Assembly: GCA_963832135.1 (NCBI GenBank)
Contig: CAWHTD010000005.1
Span: 41,730-105,729, forward strand
Reading direction: 5' to 3'
DNA length: 64,000 nucleotides
Source of the DNA: Vicinamibacteria bacterium
Lineage (GTDB): Bacteria; Acidobacteriota; Vicinamibacteria; Vicinamibacterales; JAENWD01
Of this stretch, positions 41,660 to 49,971 are shown piece by piece. Both the position numbers and the translations under genes were made by a program. How positions within the stretch are numbered: position 1 is the stretch's first letter; the number at the start of each line of letters is the position of its first letter. The notes under the pieces were generated by a model. It had not been told where the DNA came from, made no database searches, and was given only the letters and a program-made list of their open reading frames with translations.

Positions 41660-41675
41660 TCGTGAACGTTCACGG
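41660..41675. promoter_or_regulatory. candidate LacI-family operator TCGTGAACGTTCACGG (site 3, 15/16; inner 14 bp perfect), overlapping a TATAAT box
   Basis: Lies in the divergent spacer between GH127 (minus) and the TPR-ASPIC pair (plus). TATAAT at 41655-41660 on the plus strand abuts the palindrome. Confidence 0.6.
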
Positions 41676-41736
41676 TGCACGTCGGACGGGAAATGGGCCT
41701 GACCTGCGGCGAAAGGCCCTGTTCTGGTGGGTCCCA

Positions 41737-43206
41737 ATGATTCAGTGGAGACGCGCGGGGCTCGCATGTGCTGTCCTGGCATCGCTCGGCATGGCGGTCC
41801 CCAACCGCCAGAAAGACCACGTCGACGCGATCACGTCCGCACTGCGCGCGCGAGATTTCGACGGTGCCGCAGCGCGGAGCCGTTCGGCTTTGCGGGACCA
41901 CCCGAACGACGCCCAACTATGGACGTTGCAAGGCATTGCGCTCGCGAGCAAGGGCAACAATGATGAGGCGCTGAAGGCTTTCGAGCGAGCGCTGCAACTC
42001 GCACCCGCCTACGTCGCGGCGCTCGAGGGCGCCGCTCAACTCTATTACCAGGCTGGAAGTCGGCGAGCCGTGCCGCTCCTCACCCGCTTATTGCGGTTGC
42101 GTCCGGCCGATCCGACCAGCCATGCGATGCTGGCGGTGCTGGAATTCCGGGAGGGGAATTGTCGGACTGCCGTCGGGCACTTCGAACAGGCGGGTCCGGT
42201 CATCGACTCGCAGCTCGATGCTCTTCATGCCCACGCGACCTGCCTCGTCAGGTTGAAGCAGCTCGACGGAGCAACGCGCGTCTTTCAGCGCGCAGTCGCT
42301 CTCAATCCAGACGATCCGCGCGAGCGCCGGCTGCTGGCGGCCATTCAACTGATGGCCGGCAAGCCTAATGACGCGGTTGCGACGCTGACGCCCGTTCTCG
42401 AGCGGACTCGCCCGGACGCCGAGACCCTGGGCCTGGCGTCGGCAGCCTACGAGGAGGCGGGCGACACGCCACGCGCGGTTGACGCGCTCCGTCAGGCGAT
42501 TCTGCTGGACCCGAAGAACATCAATCTGTACCTGGACTTCGCCAACATCGCCTTTGCGCACCAGTCGTTCCAGGCCGGCATCGACGTGATCAACGACGGG
42601 ATCGGTCTGCAGCCCGGTGCAGCGCCGCTGTACCTGGCGCGCGGCGTTCTGTACGTCCAACTGGCCAATTACGACAAGGCCGAGGCTGATTTCGAAAAGG
42701 CGAACGAGCTCGATCCCCGTCAGGCGCTGAGCGCGGCCGCGCAGGGATTGGCCGCGGCGCAGTCGAACGATCTCGATCGCGCGCTGTCGACAATTGGCGC
42801 GAAGCTGGCGCGCAAGCCGAACGACGCGTTTCTGCTCTATCTTCAGGCGGACATTCTCGCGCAAAAGGGCCCCGAACCAGGCACACCCGAGTTCCAGAAG
42901 GCATTGGCGTCGGCGAAAAAGGCGGTGTCGCTACAGCCAACACTCGCCACCGCCCGCGCGGTGCTGGCGAAGCTGCACTTGCAAGCAGGGCAGTACGAGG
43001 ACGCGATCGAACAATGCAGGAAGGCACTCGCCAGCGATCCGAAGGACCAGACCGCCTTGTACCGCCTGATACAGGCTCTAAGAAAGTCCGGCAACAAGGC
43101 GGAGATTCCTGATCTGCTCAAACGCCTGGCATCGCTTCGCGAGCAGGCGACGCAGGAAGAGAGGGACCGTTACCGCTACAAGCTGGTCGTGGGAGACGCA
43201 CCGTGA
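41737..43206 (+). CDS. TPR repeat protein (secreted)
   Basis: The ATG at 41737 (MIQWRRAGLACAVLASLGMAV) is in frame with ORF 41389-43206. TPR units run throughout. Confidence 0.8.
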   Translation: MIQWRRAGLACAVLASLGMAVPNRQKDHVDAITSALRARDFDGAAARSRSALRDHPNDAQLWTLQGIALASKGNNDEALKAFERALQLAPAYVAALEGAAQLYYQAGSRRAVPLLTRLLRLRPADPTSHAMLAVLEFREGNCRTAVGHFEQAGPVIDSQLDALHAHATCLVRLKQLDGATRVFQRAVALNPDDPRERRLLAAIQLMAGKPNDAVATLTPVLERTRPDAETLGLASAAYEEAGDTPRAVDALRQAILLDPKNINLYLDFANIAFAHQSFQAGIDVINDGIGLQPGAAPLYLARGVLYVQLANYDKAEADFEKANELDPRQALSAAAQGLAAAQSNDLDRALSTIGAKLARKPNDAFLLYLQADILAQKGPEPGTPEFQKALASAKKAVSLQPTLATARAVLAKLHLQAGQYEDAIEQCRKALASDPKDQTALYRLIQALRKSGNKAEIPDLLKRLASLREQATQEERDRYRYKLVVGDAP

Positions 43207-44960
43207 CGCGCCGCACGTTTGTGCGATTGTCTCTTTCCTCTGTGATGGCCGCGAGAGTGCACGAGGTTCTCGCGCAGGGCGTCTCGACTCACTCGGCGAA
43301 GCCGCTGGCGAGGCCAGCTCCGTCGGGCCGCCCGTTCAACGCCCACTTTGTGGATGTGGCGTCTGAGGCTGGGCTGCGAGCACCCGTCGTATATGGAGGA
43401 GTAGACAGCAAGAAGTACATCGTCGAAACGATCGGATGCGGGTGCGCGTTCTTCGACTACGACAACGACGGCTGGATGGACATCTTCCTCTTGAGCGGCA
43501 CGCGATTGGAAGGACATCCCGACGGCACCACCAACCGGCTCTATAAGAACAATCGTGATGGCACATTCAGCGATGTCACCGCGCGATCAGGGCTGGAGGC
43601 CGTCGGGTGGGCGTCCGGAGTCTGCGTGGGCGACTACAACAACGACGGCTTCGAGGACCTTTTCTGCACGGCGTTCGACCAGAACCGGCTCTATCGCAAC
43701 AATGGCGACGGAACGTTTACGGATGTGACGCGGTCCGCCGGACTGTGGAACCCGCAGCCTCGATGGGGTGCGGGGGCCAGTTTCGTCGACTACGACCGCG
43801 ACGGGCACTTGGACTTGTTCGTCTCCAACTACATACGTTTCTCCTTCGAACATGCCCCGGTTCCAGGAGAGAACACCAACTGCAACTGGAAAGGGATCCC
43901 CGTTGTGTGTGGGCCACGCGGGCTTCCGCCGGGGAGACATTCGCTCTACCGGAACAACGGGGATGGAACGTTCACCGACGTCAGCGAGCACGCGGGCATT
44001 TCAGCGGCAACCGCGAGTTACGGAATGACCGTGGTGGCCGCGGACCTCGATGAAGATGGATGGCCGGATATCTACGTCGCGTGCGACTCGACTCCCAGTC
44101 TCCTGTTCATGAACAACCACGACGGCACCTTTCGCGAAGAAGGCGTGCTCCGGGGCGTCGCGCTCAGTGACGACGGCGCTGAACAGGCCGGTATGGGAGT
44201 GGGCATAGGCGATTACGACTCGGATGGGCACCTCGATCTCCTCAAAACCCACTTTGCCGACGACGCGAACGGTCTGTACCACAACGACGGTACGGGGAAC
44301 TTCGACGACGTGACACGTGCGACGCGCGTCGCAGTGGAGACCCGCTACGTCGGCTGGGGTGCCGGGATTGTCGATCTCGATAACGACGGTTACCCGGATC
44401 TGTTCGTGGTGACCGGCAACGTCTATCCAGAAGTGGAGCGGAAGTTGCCGCAATATGCCAACAAGACGCCGCGTGCCGTGTTCCGTAATCTCGGCGACCG
44501 CAACTTCGAGGAGCTGGTCGAGGAGGCGGGGCCAGGCGTTGCGGAGGCACACTGCAGCCGCGGATGTGCCTTTGGCGACTTTGATAATGACGGCGATGTC
44601 GACGTGCTGATCGTCAACCTGAACGAGCCTCCATCACTGTTGCGCAATGACCTCACGGGGACACAGAACTGGATCAAAGTGAAGCTCGAAGGCGTGAAGT
44701 CGAATCGCAGCGCCATTGGGGCACGAGTCCTCGTCCATTGCGGCCAAAGGATCCAGGCACAGGCGGTCGTGAGTCAGTCGAGCTTCTACTCGTGTAACGA
44801 CCCACGGCTCCACTTCGGGATGGGCGGCTGCGGTTTTGCCGATGTCGAGGTGTACTGGCCCAATGGTCTGCACGAGACCCTCAAACGTCTTCCCGCCAAC
44901 CAGCTGATTACGCTGCGAGAAGGCGCGGGCGTGGTGCCAAATCGGGGCTGGACGAAGTAA
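43203..44960 (+). CDS. ASPIC/UnbV FG-GAP repeat protein 4
   Basis: The GTG start overlaps the TPR stop (GTGA). Signal peptide, FG-GAP repeats, and C-terminal UnbV motif (NRSAIGARVLVHCGQRIQAQAV ... SSFYSCNDPRLHFGMG). Confidence 0.85.
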   Translation: MTRRTFVRLSLSSVMAARVHEVLAQGVSTHSAKPLARPAPSGRPFNAHFVDVASEAGLRAPVVYGGVDSKKYIVETIGCGCAFFDYDNDGWMDIFLLSGTRLEGHPDGTTNRLYKNNRDGTFSDVTARSGLEAVGWASGVCVGDYNNDGFEDLFCTAFDQNRLYRNNGDGTFTDVTRSAGLWNPQPRWGAGASFVDYDRDGHLDLFVSNYIRFSFEHAPVPGENTNCNWKGIPVVCGPRGLPPGRHSLYRNNGDGTFTDVSEHAGISAATASYGMTVVAADLDEDGWPDIYVACDSTPSLLFMNNHDGTFREEGVLRGVALSDDGAEQAGMGVGIGDYDSDGHLDLLKTHFADDANGLYHNDGTGNFDDVTRATRVAVETRYVGWGAGIVDLDNDGYPDLFVVTGNVYPEVERKLPQYANKTPRAVFRNLGDRNFEELVEEAGPGVAEAHCSRGCAFGDFDNDGDVDVLIVNLNEPPSLLRNDLTGTQNWIKVKLEGVKSNRSAIGARVLVHCGQRIQAQAVVSQSSFYSCNDPRLHFGMGGCGFADVEVYWPNGLHETLKRLPANQLITLREGAGVVPNRGWTK

Positions 44961-45015
44961 GCGGCGACCCTGGGCTTACACGCCTAGACCCTATACGCAG
45001 AGCTAACCATATCGC

Positions 45016-45044
45016 TTGACAACGCCAAGTCCTGGCGCTATTTT
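45016..45044 (+). promoter_or_regulatory. sigma70-type promoter TTGACA-N17-TATTTT for TBDR-2
   Basis: TTGACA at 45016-45021 and TATTTT at 45039-45044. The operator follows after exactly 15 nt, as at the TBDR-1 promoter. Confidence 0.6.
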
Positions 45045-45059
45045 CGCCCACGCTTGGCG

Positions 45060-45075
45060 CCGTGAACGTTCACGG
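45060..45075. promoter_or_regulatory. candidate LacI-family operator CCGTGAACGTTCACGG (site 4)
   Basis: Exact 16-mer between the -10 box and the TBDR-2 start codon. Confidence 0.65.
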
Positions 45076-45178
45076 TCGCCCCGGCTACGTATGGCGGCTG
45101 GCCTGAACGTCTACGCAGTCCCAGCTCCGATACGCGTATTCGTCGACGTCTGCTCAAGTGCTTGCACGGGGAGGAGAC

Positions 45179-48100
45179 ATGGGAGCCCGACGGATTGCTG
45201 GCTGCAGCTGCTGCTCACTCATCGCCGTCCTGTTCATGTGCGGGGTCAGCTACGCTCAGTACACCGGCGACATTCAGGGAATTGTCGAAGATCCGAGCGG
45301 CGGCGGGATAGCGAACGCGAAGGTTGAACTGGTCAACGTCACGACGCAGGTATCGGCGACCACCACGTCGGATGGGTCAGGCAATTACCGCTTTCTGAGC
45401 CTCGCTCCCGGATCGTACAAAATCACCGCCGAGGCCGACGGCTTCAAGAAGGCCGAGGCCACCGTCACACTTCAGACCAATCAGACCCTGAACGTCCCCA
45501 TTGCCCTGGAGGTCGGCACCCTGGCAGAGACGGTGACGGTCAGCGGACAGGCTCCGCTCGTCAACACGGCCGAGACGCGGAACCAGATGACGCTGGAGAC
45601 CGAGGCGCTTTCGTCCTTGCCAATTCCCGGGCGGAACTACATCGCTCTCGTCGTTCAGGCGCCTGGTGTGTCAGGTCTGGGCACGATGGGCGGCGGACAG
45701 CCGGGCATGTCGGGCACGCCGGGATCCGGAGTGGACAACTTTTCGACGGAAACGGCTGTCGACGCGAGCGCGAATGGACAGGGCACGGTGGGCAACAAGT
45801 TCATCGTCGACGGTCTCAACGTCAACAGTGCCATTCGGCAAGGTGTGTTGACTCTCACGCCAAACCCCGACGCGATTCAGGAGACGAGCATCGAGGTCAA
45901 CACCTTTTCGTCGGCATACGGCGGCGGTAGCGGAGTCCAGATGGTGAGCACCACGAAGTCGGGGTCGGACGAGTTCCATGGTCTGATCAGCAACTACTAC
46001 AACAACGAGAAGATGTACGCGAAGACCGTCTTCATGGGCGAAGACGACGAGTACAACCCGTTCAGCACGAACAATTTCTCGGCGACGATTGGCGGGCCGA
46101 TTGTCCGGAAGCAGCGGCTGTTCTTCTTCTTCGCGGTCGAACCGCTGCGTTCGTCCGCGTCGACCGGAAACCAGACGATCTTCTTCCCGGACGCCGAATT
46201 TGCGGCATGGGCGCGACAGAACTACCCGAACACCTTCGGTACCGAAATCCTGAACACGTACGTGCCCACCGGCGTGACGGCAACCACGGTATCCCAGCGG
46301 GCGAGCGACATCTTTCCGTCGACGTGCGGAACCGCCGCGACAAACAATCTGCCCTGTTCGCTGCCGATGATTAACTCGGGGATCTTCAACTCGAGCAACT
46401 TCCGCGACGGCGAACAGTATTTCATCCGCGCCGACAAGCATTTCAAGAACGACCGGATCTATGGCAGCTTTTTCCGGACGCTGCTCCGGTACGGTGGTCC
46501 AAACGTCATCCCACAGTTCTCGACGACGAACCACAACACCCAGTACGCCTTTCAGCTGAACTACACGCGCGTGTTCTCACCGAACACCTTGAACGAGGCG
46601 ATCTTCGCGCAGAACCGGATCGAGGGGGTCATCGGCGAGACGGGCGATTTCACGATCCCCAATATCACCGTGACTGGACAGTCTGTGGGGTATGGCGTGG
46701 GGTTCTCTCAGGGGCAATTCATCCAACACAACTACCAGTGGCGCGACGTGCTGACACACGTGCGTGGCGCACACGTCCTGAAGGTGGGCGTCGAAGGCTG
46801 GTTCGGCGACGATGTCGAGCCGTTTCAGGGCCCGTGGTCGCACCCTGCGTTCAGTTTCGACAATCTCCTGAAACTCGCTCAAGACGCCCCGCACACGCAG
46901 GGAGGCGTGATGTACGACCCGATCACCGGCCAGCAGAAGCTCTGGGAGTGGGACGCGGCCTCGAGAACGTGGGGCGCGTTCGTCCAGGACACCTGGAAGG
47001 CCCGCCGCAATCTGACGTTGACGCTCGGGCTGAGGTTCGACGATCAGGGCAACCCGTGGTCGCGGGCGGATACGACGGTATTCGGCAACTTCTACCTGGG
47101 AGAGGGCAGCACCTTCGAGGAACGTGTCGCGAACGGCCGAACCCAGGCGACCGAGAAAGCGCTCCGTCGCTCGCCCAAGGTGTGGAATCCGCGCGGCGGC
47201 GTGGCGTGGGATGTCACTGGAGATGGTAACTGGGTCGTGCGGGGCGGGGCGGGCATCTACTCGAACTGGTTGACGCCCGCAAACGTCCAGGAGGAGTTCC
47301 GTGGCAACCCGCCGGGTTTGATCCTTCCAACCTTCTTCGAAGGGACCTCCACGCCGCCGATCTTCGTGCAGGGGACGACTGACACGCCGCCGTTTGGATT
47401 CCAATTCCCGCCGCTGGGAGGATCGCCGCTCTGTCCCACTGCACCGTGTCTCGACGAAAAGGGAGGCATCCGGGGCGCGCAGTTTGCAATCGGGGGCATC
47501 AACCCGGAACTGAAGTCTCCGACGGCCTACATCTTCAGCGCGGCGGTAGAACGCCAACTTGGCCGCTACCTGGCGGGCAGCATCATTTACAGCGGCTCTC
47601 ACACCGAGAATCTCGTGGGCAACGGCAACCAGGCCGGTGTGGTCAGCTACGGCGTCGATATCAATGCCAGGCCGGGCGACCTGTTGACCAAGCCGCCGGG
47701 CTCCCCCCCAACGCGCCTCAATCCCAGCTTCGGCCCTATTGGTTACGCGGATAACGATCGCGTGGGGAACTACAACGGCGTGACGTTCGATCTGAGAGGG
47801 CGTGGGAAGGGACTCTTCTTCGACGTCTCCTACACGCGCTCGAGCGCCAAAGACGACGCGGACAATTACCCCACGGCGATAAACCCGCACCAGTTCTACG
47901 GCCCGTCTCCGTGGGACGTGCCCCATCGTTTGTCTGTCACGTTCAGCTACACGTTTCCTGCGTACACGAACGGCGGCGCGTTCTTGAACCAGTTGGCCAG
48001 CGGATGGGGCGTCAGTACAATCGGCATCTACCAGTCAGGCTATCCACTGACGGTGTTTACCGACGCGCCGTTCACGGCCGGCGGTGACTATAACGCCGAT

Positions 48101-48457
48101 GGCGACAACTACGATTTTCCAGACGTCACAAGCTACGACATGCGACGGTCGTTCGAAGACTATCTGACGAACGGGGTATTCACGGCTGGACAGTTCACTG
48201 CGCCGACGCCCGGAACGAACGGGAACCAAGACCCGGGGCAGTTCCGTCAGCCGAATTTCGCCCAGACCGATGTGGCGTTTTACAAGAGAACACACCTGGT
48301 GGACCGCCTCAATCTCGAACTGCGGCTGGAGCTGTACAATTTGTTCAACAACAAGAATCTGTACCTGGAGAACAATCTGGCATCGCCAGGCTTTGGCAAG
48401 GCCATCAGCCAGCAGCTGCCACGCTGGTGGCAGGTGGGCGCAAAGCTGACGTTCTGA
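45179..48457 (+). CDS. TonB-dependent receptor with CarboxypepD_reg N-domain (copy 2), intact
   Basis: GGAGGAG RBS and ATG at 45179. Signal peptide, then IQGIVEDPSGGGIANAKVELVNVTT (CarboxypepD_reg), plug and long barrel. C-terminal AKLTF. Confidence 0.9.
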   Translation: MGARRIAGCSCCSLIAVLFMCGVSYAQYTGDIQGIVEDPSGGGIANAKVELVNVTTQVSATTTSDGSGNYRFLSLAPGSYKITAEADGFKKAEATVTLQTNQTLNVPIALEVGTLAETVTVSGQAPLVNTAETRNQMTLETEALSSLPIPGRNYIALVVQAPGVSGLGTMGGGQPGMSGTPGSGVDNFSTETAVDASANGQGTVGNKFIVDGLNVNSAIRQGVLTLTPNPDAIQETSIEVNTFSSAYGGGSGVQMVSTTKSGSDEFHGLISNYYNNEKMYAKTVFMGEDDEYNPFSTNNFSATIGGPIVRKQRLFFFFAVEPLRSSASTGNQTIFFPDAEFAAWARQNYPNTFGTEILNTYVPTGVTATTVSQRASDIFPSTCGTAATNNLPCSLPMINSGIFNSSNFRDGEQYFIRADKHFKNDRIYGSFFRTLLRYGGPNVIPQFSTTNHNTQYAFQLNYTRVFSPNTLNEAIFAQNRIEGVIGETGDFTIPNITVTGQSVGYGVGFSQGQFIQHNYQWRDVLTHVRGAHVLKVGVEGWFGDDVEPFQGPWSHPAFSFDNLLKLAQDAPHTQGGVMYDPITGQQKLWEWDAASRTWGAFVQDTWKARRNLTLTLGLRFDDQGNPWSRADTTVFGNFYLGEGSTFEERVANGRTQATEKALRRSPKVWNPRGGVAWDVTGDGNWVVRGGAGIYSNWLTPANVQEEFRGNPPGLILPTFFEGTSTPPIFVQGTTDTPPFGFQFPPLGGSPLCPTAPCLDEKGGIRGAQFAIGGINPELKSPTAYIFSAAVERQLGRYLAGSIIYSGSHTENLVGNGNQAGVVSYGVDINARPGDLLTKPPGSPPTRLNPSFGPIGYADNDRVGNYNGVTFDLRGRGKGLFFDVSYTRSSAKDDADNYPTAINPHQFYGPSPWDVPHRLSVTFSYTFPAYTNGGAFLNQLASGWGVSTIGIYQSGYPLTVFTDAPFTAGGDYNADGDNYDFPDVTSYDMRRSFEDYLTNGVFTAGQFTAPTPGTNGNQDPGQFRQPNFAQTDVAFYKRTHLVDRLNLELRLELYNLFNNKNLYLENNLASPGFGKAISQQLPRWWQVGAKLTF

Positions 48458-49964
48458 GAGAGTGTCCTGACCGCATGATTCGCGGGGGTAAGCAGGGCCT
48501 AGGGCGGCGCTGCGAACGTCGCAAGCGGCGCATCTTCTGAACTACTCCTTTTTCCTGCACGAGCTGCTCGATCGCGTCGAGCTCCATCGGGAGAAAATCG
48601 GTGAAGTTCTCCACCCCGGTGTCGGTCACCACCACGGTGTCCTCGTAGCGCAGATAAAGGTTCTCTTCCGGCACCCGGAGTTGAGGATCGACCGAAAAGA
48701 CGTGCCCTGGCTTCAAGCTCTCTCGATAGCCGCCGACATCGTGCACAGCCATCCCGACGGTATGCGAGAAGACACCGCCGCCCGTCTCGACGAGCCGCCG
48801 CGCGGCCTGTTCGTAAATGGGCTTCGAGAATTTCGTCCGCGCAAAGACCGGTTCCATCGCCTGTTTCGCCTCGTCCTGGATCGACGCCGGCGTAACGCCC
48901 GGGCGAATGCGTGACAGAACGGCTTTGTGGTACTCGAGGACGAATTGCAGCAGCTCGCGCTGCCAGGCACTGAACTTGCCGTCCACGGGCCAGACCCGCC
49001 CGACGTCACTGACGTAATAGCGGTAATCAGGAGCGTAGTCCATCAACACGAGATCGCCGTTCTTGAGGACAGCCGTGTTGCGGTAATAGTGCATGTTGCT
49101 GATGTTCTCGGTGCCGGAGGCGGTGATGGAGCGGTAAGCCTCGAGGCGCGCGCCGTTCACGAGGAACACGAAGCGCGCCGCCGCCTCGAGCTGATACTCG
49201 GCGACGCCCGGCTCCGTGCTCCGCATCGCCTCCATCAGCCCGAAGCCTGCAAGCTGCGATGCGCGCCGGATGAGTGCCACTTCGCGTCGGCTCTTCACCG
49301 TGCGCATGGCGTCGAGAATAGGTGTGAGATCGCGAATCTCGACGCGTGGCTGCCGGACGCGCAGCAGCTCGACGAACCGTGCTTGCCGAGTCGTCTCGCC
49401 GTCCCATGGATCGAGCGCGCGCGCGGTCGCGGCGGCGACCAGCTCTCCCCGACTCTGTCCGGCCCCTTCGGCCGGGCTGAACTCCGCGTAGACGGCGGGT
49501 CGTGTCCGCCCCTCGGGCGTCAATCGGCCAATCGGCCAGTCGGGCTCGGTCAATTTCTCGAGACCTTCGACCGCGTCGACGCCGGTGAGCCGTTTCACCT
49601 GTTCGGCGTCGTCTGCGGTCAGTACCTTGCCTTCGGCTCGCTCCAGCGCTTCGTTTCGCCGGGGAAGGTAGAGGATGACGCGCCGTGTGCGGCCGTCGAG
49701 CAGCAGATATGCGCCGGGCGTCTCGACGCCGGACAGGTAGTAGAAGGTGTTGTACTGCCGCGGAAAGATGTAGCCGTCGGTCACGGACATCCCCTGAACG
49801 ACGGCGACTGCGTTGGTGCCCATCCGATCGAACAGGAGCTGCCACCGCACCTTGAATTCCTCTGGCGGAAAGTCACTCTGATAGTGCTGCGCTGGGGCCG
49901 GGCTTGCCAGCGCGAGTGACAGGAGAAACGATACCGTGCCGAGCTTGCTTATACGGTGAAGCAC
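48405..49964 (-). CDS. Xaa-Pro aminopeptidase (M24B family), secreted
   Basis: GTG at 49964 (VLHRISKLGTVSFLLSLALASPAPAQ). M24 pita-bread motifs (DLVLMDYAPDYRYYVSDVGR ... HTVGMAVHDVG ... RYEDTVVVT). The 3' end is uncertain because the tail is Arg/Pro-rich and overlaps TBDR-2. Confidence 0.8.
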   Translation of the reverse strand: MLHRISKLGTVSFLLSLALASPAPAQHYQSDFPPEEFKVRWQLLFDRMGTNAVAVVQGMSVTDGYIFPRQYNTFYYLSGVETPGAYLLLDGRTRRVILYLPRRNEALERAEGKVLTADDAEQVKRLTGVDAVEGLEKLTEPDWPIGRLTPEGRTRPAVYAEFSPAEGAGQSRGELVAAATARALDPWDGETTRQARFVELLRVRQPRVEIRDLTPILDAMRTVKSRREVALIRRASQLAGFGLMEAMRSTEPGVAEYQLEAAARFVFLVNGARLEAYRSITASGTENISNMHYYRNTAVLKNGDLVLMDYAPDYRYYVSDVGRVWPVDGKFSAWQRELLQFVLEYHKAVLSRIRPGVTPASIQDEAKQAMEPVFARTKFSKPIYEQAARRLVETGGGVFSHTVGMAVHDVGGYRESLKPGHVFSVDPQLRVPEENLYLRYEDTVVVTDTGVENFTDFLPMELDAIEQLVQEKGVVQKMRRLRRSQRRPRPCLPPRIMRSGHSLRTSALRPPATSVAAAG

Positions 49965-49971
49965 AGCGATC

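Noticed and set aside
39210-41702. Very long ORFs antisense to recognisable genes. Examples: 39210-41702 (830 aa), 7222-8724, 2891-4435, 12111-13601, 13451-15220, 15148-16296, 16763-18295, 36426-37697, 37819-39024, 46577-47926, 50065-51765, 52403-53377, 53433-54770, 60145-61209 and 61820-63478.
   Set aside because: These are shadow ORFs expected in GC-rich DNA. Their translations are Arg/Gly/Pro/Asp-rich with no domain signatures, whereas the opposite strand encodes clear families (GH127, sigma54 activator, MFS, ASPIC, TPR, TBDR, GH39, GH51, SpeE-like, transposase, APC permease).
43958-43975. Many ACGTTCAC / GTGAACGT operator half-sites inside the ASPIC/UnbV genes.
   Set aside because: They are a by-product of the recurring FG-GAP peptide D-G-T-F-T-D (GAC/GGA ACG TTC ACC GAC). 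None forms the full palindrome.
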